A stretch of DNA of 59,586 nucleotides, counting the filler, from Catajapyx aquilonaris (Eukaryota): the NCBI GenBank assembly GCA_000934665.2. It is 3 parts of 3 records of this genome, joined end to end, with 100 filler letters (N's around TTAATTAATTAA, not from the genome) between each part and the next. Parts side by side here need not be neighbours in the genome. Positions count along the whole stretch, not along the records: positions 39,795 to 59,586 come from KZ539529.1; 2 more parts are not named here. One strand, written 5' to 3'. Under the pieces are notes generated by a model, which was given only the letters and a program-made list of their open reading frames with translations, searched no databases and was not told the origin of the DNA. This document shows, one piece after another, positions 50,102 through 59,586 of the stretch; positions within the stretch are counted from its first letter, which is position 1; the number at the start of each line of letters is the position of its first letter. The translations under genes and the position numbers were made by a program.

Positions 50102-52239
50102 TTGAATCAGGAGTTCGCATCTGCAAGATATTCACAAACACCAACTTAAAAAAAGAAAGAAAAAAAAACTCATTTTTACAATGGTTACAGTGATTTTGTC
50201 TTTCCTAGTATAAAACTTGTCTAATTCTACCTCTCCGCAAAGAAATAAAACTTTCACATGGAGTTTATGTGGTTAAGCCTTCTAGGCACATTTTAAAACG
50301 GCCACAAGAAGATGTAGGCTTATGCCATCCGCGACTATACAGTGCATTCTCCATTGATGGGACTTTTTTTTTGAAGAGTTTACATTATTTTTCAGGCAAG
50401 TAAAATATGCCTTGTGACAAAACCGCGTGATTATTTCTCACATCACAAAATGTTATTACTTTTGTGTCAAAACTAAGTTCCTCACTCCTTTGAGGCCCAC
50501 TAGTTGACTTTGTACACAGTCACTTCATTAAACAAGATTTTTGGTGCATGGTATAGGGTGATTCCATGAAAAGATGAACCAAAACCAATCACATGCATGA
50601 CACTGTTTTTTAGAGTCAGTAGGTCATGCACATTGGTGGAGTAAAAAGCCACAAGTGTGTTATGCAAATACTTTGTAATAATCACTTATTCCAGTGAATG
50701 TTTGCTGAACGTAATTATATGACACTGACATCACAAAATTGTGAGAGTAATTTGAAAATTGCTATATAAAAATATATTACAAACGTTAAGGTTTATAGCA
50801 TCTGACCTAACCAGTTTGTAAACAGACAGGTTCATCAATGAAATCAATTGACATCCCTTGATTTTGTGTAATGCACCAACATAATGGAGAAGTCTCAATT
50901 GCAGCAGAAAAGGTCAGGGAGCAACCCAACTTGGTGATACTGCAGACAAATAACTGATTTTATATGCCATGTACAAATAATTTCAGAAAATAAGATATAA
51001 CTATAAATAATCCACATTTCAAAAGCTGATCACATTTTTGTAAAGAAAATCTTACCGTTACTGCATAAGCTGTTCAGTTTACAAGTTATAAACTTATAAA
51101 CATTACATAGTTGCATATCACATGGCTGTACATTTTTCTCTGAGTCTCACATGAGTTCCTCACCCTAATACAATTTCAGTTTGTTACAAATATTCCCGGG
51201 CATATATTCACCGAGATACATGATCAATCACATCACACTTCTGAAACTGGATTCTGATGCTACCGGTGACCTACTGGCCTTAGAGATCAGTAGGATATTG
51301 CTTTGGCCCATCCTCACCATGGCAAAGTCACCTACAAAGCTAACCACAAGTGGGTAGGAAACCTGTAAAATGCATATTTTGTATTGGGCACTAACTTTTT
51401 TGGTACAAAACATGCAGAGCAACATGGATGACAAAAGTGAATGCTCAAATTGACCAAGATCTCTACAATAATAATAATCAATGATGGTGTAGGAGTTGAA
51501 GTATTGCATTTGTAATTTCAAGACGTCAGAGCTAACACAATTGGAACAGATACCTTTCTTTTCATTTTTATGGGAATAACTCATATTTCACATGATTGTA
51601 TCTCTCCTGTAGTTGCAATTTACATCATTAGGGAAGGAGTGGTGCTGCAGTAACATATGTACCCTGGGTTCAATCCCAAGTCCAAGCATTGCCCCTTCTC
51701 ATCTCATCTGCAGTTAGGTCTCATCTCTGGCTTAGTCTCAGGTGGGATTCCTTGAGGCTAAGCACCATGGGGTACTCGCAAAATGAAAAAGAAATGACAT
51801 TGCCCTTGCACCCCACCCCTCAGTGGCCATACCACACATGCCCCAGGCTTTTTGTCAAAATGTGGGCATACAAAAACTGTATCCCTGTTGAGGCGGTATG
51901 CACTATGCACTTCATTCCACCTCTTTTGCACTAAAAATATTAGTGCCCAATGCATTGCAGGTCTTGCAGATCCTCTACCTTACTTAGTAATATTCTTTTG
52001 TTTGGAAACCAAAAAAATGAGGCTGATCTCCCTGGGAATCACTCAGTAGAGGGAGAGGAAAAGTGGTCAAATTATATCAAAATTGAGAGAAACAAAATGT
52101 AAAACAAATGACCTCCACATAAACAGTTCAAGACACTATTGGTCACACAGTTGTCACATCTTTTTGTCTAAGTTTGTGGCGATTCACAAGGAATAGTTCA
52201 CGGGTGGCTCTTGTTTCATGGTTTTGTAATACCTGACAT

Positions 52240-52363
52240 TCAGTCGGTATACACTATGAATTGTTGGTCATCTGGACTGGCCACTTCCACTTGGACAAAC
52301 TGGGGCTGATCCATCTCCGGACTCATAGCTTGAATCTGCCTAGACAAACTGTTGTTTCTCGAC
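52240..52363 (-). CDS. YY1: YY1/pho probable last coding exon (acidic C-terminal tail)
   Basis: ttcttccatgtgtAG acceptor, and the phase matches the upstream exon (AA|G = Lys). Encodes SRNNSLSRQIQAMSPEMDQPQFVQVEVASPDDQQFIVYTD followed by a stop. Confidence 0.75.
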
Positions 52364-52850
52364 CTACACATGGAAGAACACATTTTAGAAAACATATCAG
52401 TAATTTCAACAAAGGCAGTAGTATCATCCAACAAGAAAGACTGCTTACAGAAAGTCTCCTTTATTTATAACCATTAGCCAGTAATCAAATATTAAGTTAC
52501 TTGTATTAGTATACAGTGACCAGCTTCCACCTCAAATTGTAAGGTAGTAGGAGAGGGTGAAAGGGATGCCTCAGCATATTTGACCCCACATCTGTTAAAA
52601 TGCAAGCTTGGGGACCACCTCTCCATGAGGTAGTTATTTTACACTACCTGATATGGTCATTAGTGAGGTCTGGGAGTATTTTTGAATAGTAGATAGATTC
52701 AACTGGGAAATCTAGCAGAAGAAATTGCAAAATGATTCCATACAAGCAGATCTTGGGACATTGTCTTGCAATTCTTCTGCTTGATTTTCCATATAGGGCA
52801 GTAGGTGGATAGTGGATTGAATATTTGAAGTCAGATCTCACCCACTACCG

Positions 52851-53848
52851 CAGCGGTTCTCAACCTTTTTACTCGTGCGGAACCCTTGAAATTATATTCA
52901 TGTCTCTGGGAACCCTTACATAAAAATTAAGTTATTAAATATGTTACGCTTAAACACAGAAAACGCTCACCGAGAGAAAAAACCGACCATGTTGCAAAAT
53001 GGTTGGTTTGAAAACAACAATTTCGCAAAATTGATGTTTCTCTCTCTCTCTCTCAATGACAGTTTTCATCGTTTGAGCCTAACAGAGGTTGGACAAAATA
53101 ATAGGGACACATGCTACATGCTGAGGTTGAAAGTTCGTGTCTAAAACCAAAACTGGAAAAGTTACAGAGATGAATTTTACTGAGTTTTGAAGCCCCTGTT
53201 ACAGCTAGTGTACAGTACAATTTTTTAATTACTTGGTGTTTGACCACCTTTGCCTTCAATACAGCTCCAATCCTTCTTGGAATGGACGCATTCAAGTTTT
53301 GAACAGTCTGTAAAGCTGAATTAAATCTAGTGCTGGAGAGGAGGGGTGTCATTTCTCTTCTCTCTCCTCCTCCTTCCCCCCCCCCNCCCCCCCCAGCTTT
53401 TTGGCCCATCTGTATACCACACAAAGTAACAGTGATAGAGCTTAAAACAGTAATTTTCATATCTGCAACATCATTGAACTTCAAGCTAACATTGGGATAT
53501 GAATAGGGCAGGACACGCTGGTCGAAAACTGTGGCTGAGGTGTCGTTCGACTTTCGTTTCCCCCCTCCTCTTGTGATTTTTGCGCCATCTGCAGACCTTG
53601 ACAAATGTACATTGACATAGCTTCAAAACTCCGTAAAAGTTACCTTTGTAACATTCCCAGTTTTCGAATAAAACCGACGCGAAATTTCAATCGCTTTTCG
53701 CAAGTATCCCTATTATTCTGCCCAAACCCCATAAATAAATATCAATTTATGACTCAAAAATACCTTTACATAATATGATTAGCCTATTCGTCACTATTTC
53801 TTGCAGAACCCTTGGCGATTGCTTGTGGAACCCCGGTTGAGAACGCTG
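52851..53848. mobile_element. hAT-type non-autonomous element in the YY1 last intron
   Basis: CAGCGGTTCTCAACC/GGTTGAGAACGCTG and perfect 8-bp TSD CACTACCG. Confidence 0.85.
53213..53322 (-). mobile_element. Tc1 transposase C-terminal remnant
   Basis: VQNLNASIPRRIGAVLKAK resembles the Tc1-family C-terminal motif NLxxSMPRRxxAVIxAKGG. Confidence 0.6.
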
Positions 53849-56172
53849 CACTACCGTATCAAAATGCAATCCATTTTGGACAAACCAATGGGATAACTGA
53901 TGGCAAAAAAAGGCTTGGGAAGGAGGCAGAGTTGTCATGCCATGCACATGATTATTTCTGAGGTAAAGTACTTGGGTGTCAAGTGTGGTCAAATTACTAC
54001 TCCACCTCTTGCCAAACCTCTTTTCCCTCTCAGTTACTGCATTGGATTGTCTGGAGTGGGTGGCACGTATTTAAAGCAACGAATGGGATATGCCTTTTAA
54101 TGGTCGTTGCACTAAAGCAGTTCCTTTCAACTAGTACAAGTAGGGTCCTGTTTTCCACTTACTGGCTAGTAGCTAAATAAGCATGACTTTTGTAAGCCAA
54201 GATCCTTCCTTATCAGACCACCCTGTATAACTTTTTAGTCCTATTTTGGCCTGATGTTACCTTGGATATTTTGAGAATAAGGTCCTTCCAAATCAAAAGA
54301 TAGGGAAACCTGGTGGGATGAGAAGAGGTTTTTAGGATTGGTTTAATAGGAAGGGGTTGTCCATACAGTACGTTTCGCTGGTAGAGGGTGGGGATTGACT
54401 CCAGTGTGAAGCAGTGTGACACGCAGGTAGCATACCAAGCTCAATATTCCTCCAAGAAACTAGGTCCTGATAAATTTTCTACAAATTCAATGACAAGTAA
54501 ATTTTTGTGCAGAAAAAAAAACTGACATTTGAGGGCAGGGAGAGATCCACAGCAGCATGACTATGCATGACGTCAGGGGTCAAAAAGCCGATAGTCAGTG
54601 TGACGTACTGTATGGAGGACCCCGAAGGAGAAAGTAAAGGAAAAACTATTACTTATCAGTGTGTCGCTTTGAAGGCTTGCGGAACCTGGAGCAAAGGAGA
54701 AAATCTTAGGGCTGTACCCACGAATATGACGATCTCGAATCAAACGATAACTTAAGCAGAAAAGTACTCCCACCAACGCAAACAAGTTCTGAGCAGCCAA
54801 AATCCGCCACTCATCCTCGGACCACGACTAGAAGTCATATTCCATGATGGCTGCCACTTTATGGCCAGGTGTAGCACTCAAATGTTTGCATTTAGACTCT
54901 TTTTTAGTATCACCAATTACATTTTGAAACCTTTAACTCCGAAGTTACTGATTTTGAATTATTTCATGTTTGCCTAGCGAATTGCTAGTTGAAGTTCATG
55001 GGTTACACTTTTTACCTGGAAAACTATTCGAGAGAAACTTGATTCTCAGTTCATATGAGCCAAGTTTCAGATTGAACAGTGGGACTGTGTTTAACCTCGA
55101 CTCAACTTAATAATACTCTGTTGAGCAGCAATTTGATAGACATTGGTAGGAACAGCCCTTAGGGTAGGTTTGATACTGGGGGTCAATTTTCAACATCCTT
55201 GAGGGTGGTCCATTGAAACCCCTATGAACACACACCCCAAAGCTCTACGCAATCGATTAAACAAACTGATGTCTGCTTGCTAGAATATCTGACAGGTTTT
55301 AGATGGGAAGTTCTGTAACATATCACTAAGCAGTTATCATCAAATCTGCTGCATATTGTGCATACCTGAAGCTCATATTGACAAGATTGGCATAAATTCT
55401 AGCATATTGGTACCACAAAGATTCTCCTATCCCATACATCCCCCTTGCACCACAATGATACTGAAATACTTCAGAAGTTGCCTCCACTTGAACTCTACCC
55501 ACAACTTACTCTTTGACAATGCTGTACCAAAGGTGATGTCAACTGTATCACTTACTGAAAATACAGTGTTCAAAGTGTCTGGTTCTTTTATTCATCGCAA
55601 ATTTCTCCCAAAGTTGTTACTATATTCACTAAATTTAAGTTGCATCCTTAAATGGTCAAGCTTTGGAAAAAATAGGATGCTTTGTAACTGATTCGAATTC
55701 CGTATTTGTTCAAGACAAGAAGTGGGTCTTTGATTCGAGTAAATAGGGTATTTTTGAATAGCTTTTTGCACCCGATCGAGTTGTTCAATTATGTAGCGGC
55801 TGTTATATTTGACTATACTTGGGAATAATTAGACACCCTTATTCGAGTGCAAATAGCTACCCAAGAATAACAGTTTCGTGTGAAATTTGTGATAACTAAA
55901 AGTAACCAGACACTTGGATCACACTGTATATTGTTAGCCAAATAATATGCAAAAGCCCAAACAATACTGCCTCCCAAATTACTTGGATCTCAGTAGTATG
56001 TTGTTGGCTGTCACCATAATTAAGCACACAGGACAAGACAGTATCTGTTCATAATCGTAGCCATACTGACAAAAATGAACTGTGTAACGAGGCATAAGGT
56101 CAATGCAGAAGAACCCGTTTATAACAACTGCAGTCTTTTCCTCAGCTCTTTGGCTCTCCCTCCTGCTCTATA

Positions 56173-56577
56173 CAGGGTGGACCGACTTCAAGTGTCGTTT
56201 TATAACGGCGATTAATAGCAGTGATTTTGCGATGACGTAGCAGCGACGTGTAAAATATCCCACTTCGGCGCCATCGAAAATATTAGCTGCCAATAGCAGC
56301 ACACATGTAATCTACCCTGCTGCTGGGTTGACCTGGAAAAAAGGAGGTGCACACATGACCTGTGATGCGTCTGGGTGAAATGGGTGATGCCCAAGGCACC
56401 AGATTGGCATTGGTGCCGCATGTGGTTGCACAGGGTTCATTACATGTGTGTTGCTATTGGCAGCTAATATTTTCAATGGCGCCGAAGTGGGCCATTTTAC
56501 ACGTCGCTGCTACGTCAATCGTAAAGCGCTTCTATTAATAGCCGTTATAAAACGACATTTGAAGTTGGTCCACCCTG
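56173..56577. mobile_element. Palindromic Tc1/mariner-type MITE
   Basis: TA-CAGGGTGGACCGACTTCAA ... TTGAAGTTGGTCCACCCTG-TA, with about 140-bp arms. Confidence 0.85.
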
Positions 56578-56717
56578 TATTAAGTCAATTGTAATCCTAT
56601 ATCACCACCATTAACTGCTGCACTATATTGACCCAATCTTTTCCTGCCAGCCAAACCACTACATCCTCCAGCAAGGGATGATCCTTGTACTGTGGCACTT
56701 CATGTTAATGTACAATA

Positions 56718-57596
56718 CAGGGTCATCGAAAATGACCATCCCAATTTTTTTTAAACATTACCCCGCGATAGGGCCAGAGGCCCTCTTAGGGGGGTGGAAT
56801 ACCACCATTTTACCTTCAATTTTCTATCATTTTCTTCGACTTCAGTGCAAGGATGAAAGGACATGTGGTAAGGATGGGTATTTCTGGGGAGGAGACACAG
56901 ATGCAAGTACAATGTCTGAAAAAGGGTCATGTGCAGTCTCCCTGGAGGTTAGGTTGCCAGACGCCTCCAAGGCACGGGTCAGAGACCCTCCTGACGCAGG
57001 CAAAAGGGAACTTCCGGGCGGAGTTCGAACCCGGGACCTTCCGCACAGCCAGCCGAGACATTACCGTCTCGGCCACCGCCCCTCCACACAATGTCCCAAT
57101 TTTAAAACCCTCTAACTCGAAAACTTGTAGACATATCTCAATGATTTAAGTTTTGAAATGCTAAGAACTATCTAAAGTTTTGGTCTCAACTAAGTTTGTT
57201 TCGATATGGACTCCATCTGTTGCTCGAAAAATGTAAATACGGTAATTGGTGTCGTGCCTAACCCCCTTAGACATGTCTGAAGTCACCATTGTGATCCTAT
57301 CCCATAGGTGCTGGAGATGCTGGATCTTTTCACCATACATGTGTCTCCACAAAAAAGTCAATCGGGGTAAGATCTGGGCTTCTGGGAGTGCTACACATTG
57401 GGAAACTTCTCATTCAAGACTTCGCACACTGGGGGTCTGTTTGCTGAGAAACAAATGAAGCTCATTTGGAAACAAATTAAGGTGAGACCAAAACGTTAGA
57501 CATTTCTTAGCATTTCAAAACTTAAATCATTTAGATGTCTACAAGTTTTCAAGTTAGAGGGTTTTAAAATTGGGACATTCTTTTTCGATGACCCTG
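56718..57596. mobile_element. Tc1/mariner-derived element interrupted by a SINE
   Basis: TA-CAGGGTCATCGAAAA ... TTTTCGATGACCCTG-TA. The internal transposase remnant is inverted relative to the 48086 copy. Confidence 0.8.
56758..57082 (-). mobile_element. tRNA-derived SINE (family A)
   Basis: Minus-strand A-box TGGCCGAGACGG, B-box GGTTCGAACTCC and tail GGCCCTATCGCGGGGTAA. Flanked by a duplicated TCCCAATTTT motif of the host TIR. Confidence 0.8.
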
Positions 57597-57755
57597 TATT
57601 AAGGTATACCTACTGTAGGTTCATTTTCAGAAATTTTGAAATTATTTCTCATGGGGTAATTATGAATGCCACCACTCTGCCATCTCCAGGGGTATGCTCC
57701 TTGCAAGTTCATAATTATAATTAATAAGGTTGTGGTGAAAAGTGAACAGGGCTTA

Positions 57756-57953
<198 letters not shown>

Positions 57954-58347
57954 CTATGTTCTACTGATCAGGCAGTTCTAATCCAGTAAGAATAACAAAT
58001 ATGAAAGGTCTACTTTTCTGCTATCCACTCAACCATTACTAACTATTGTAGTTTCAGGCTTATAACATTGCCTATTACTGACATTTGATGCATATTAAAC
58101 CCTTTGCACCCAAGCACCTATATCCTAGGTGTTGTGTGGATGCATTTGTATGATCTGATCCGACATCATTTGGTATTTTAGCTGATACTTCCAGCTGTTC
58201 TCAAGCAAGAAAGGTCAGGTAGACCCATCTTAATCACTTGCAAGTGCCGCAAAAAGAATTAATTTTTTTAAATTGTGAAATTGTTTCACAATCTGGTGCA
58301 ATTTCCAAGGATTGTCAGAGAATATGTTAAACAACAATAAAGCATCA

Positions 58348-58527
<180 letters not shown>

Positions 58528-58620
58528 CTAAATTTAGTACAGTATAACATTTCTGTCAATTGAAAACCTTTGAAATGCCTGTTTCACTAAGCATCAAAAT
58601 AATCCAAGTGGATCAGGCTA

Positions 58621-58887
<267 letters not shown>

Positions 58888-59291
58888 TTAAGAACTTTGG
58901 TGGCTCCACAAACCCCAAATTAAGATACTGCCACTTACAAATGCTGAAGTGTAAACACACAGAGGTATCTATATCTACATTTCGGAACATTTGCTTGTCC
59001 AACATATAGAAATCCAAGGAAATGCATGTACACTGCCTTAAACTAGCCCACCAGAGGTTACCTATTCCAAGGCATTTCATGCCACATGTTGCAGTTTCTA
59101 CAAATGAGATTAAATCGCACAACATGCATAAGTCCTCTCATTGCTCCCTCTATGCTCCATTTACATTGATTTCCTGCCACCCATCATGTTGAGAATGTGA
59201 CGCCTCTTTTTACACCCTATCCCCTTCTACGAATCCTTTATCCTGTGCTGAATTTTGTTGAAGTAACTGATCTTAACTATCCATTATGATA

Positions 59292-59345
59292 GGGGGCATG
59301 GTGGTCTAGTGGCTATGCTACTGGCCAGCCAAGCGGGAGGTCCAG
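59292..59345 (+). mobile_element. Head of a family B SINE
   Basis: gggggcatggtggtctagtggctatgctactgg..agccaagcgg.aggtccag matches 17087-17149. Confidence 0.65.
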
Positions 59346-59586
59346 TTTTCACCGCCCACATAATTCACTGTGGATGCTGGTCTTTCAATTCCATTCCAGA
59401 TGGCTGCTGGTTAAGCGGTCTATTTTCTCTCTGTCATTGGGAAGCCCCCCAGTAGTTTCTCTTCAGATGTCCGCCATTCTGAATTTTTAAATTGAAGGGG
59501 TCGGTGAGAGATAATCGTATGCCACAATTTCATATTTTTCGAGATTCAGGTATATTCCGACTGTGGCAGCACCGGTTTACCTATGG

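Noticed and set aside
53053..53604. 183-aa minus-strand ORF in the YY1 intron
   Set aside because: A composite of transposon debris and a G-run containing an N. Only the short Tc1 fragment is recognisable.
56678..57149. 145-aa and 98-aa ORFs
   Set aside because: They lie antisense over a SINE inserted in a transposon TIR.

Overview
Eukaryotic, repeat-rich animal DNA, most likely arthropod (the species cannot be determined from sequence alone). Three genes are supported: (1) a kekkon-family LRR-Ig membrane protein with an uninterrupted CDS, closest to kek2 (24788-26908, +); (2) the last three coding exons of a ZIP9/SLC39A9 zinc transporter (41657-45558, +), whose 5' exons were not found; (3) four exons of a YY1/pleiohomeotic zinc-finger gene (58853-52240, -), convergent with ZIP9, with its 5' end outside the window. 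The remainder is intronic or intergenic DNA dense in non-autonomous transposons: MITEs with TA, 3-bp or 8-bp target-site duplications (often nested), tRNA-derived SINEs (one V-SINE-like), mariner/Tc1 remnants and microsatellites. Two N-gaps contain an artificial TTAATTAATTAA linker, so adjacency across them is not proven. I see no convincing new multi-gene system. The best leads are a uORF whose stop overlaps the kek2 ATG, three SINE families sharing one 3' tail, a possible two-way C-terminus switch in YY1/pho, and a duplicated poly(A) cassette plus a fold-back in its 3' UTR. Family assignments come from recalled motifs, not database searches.
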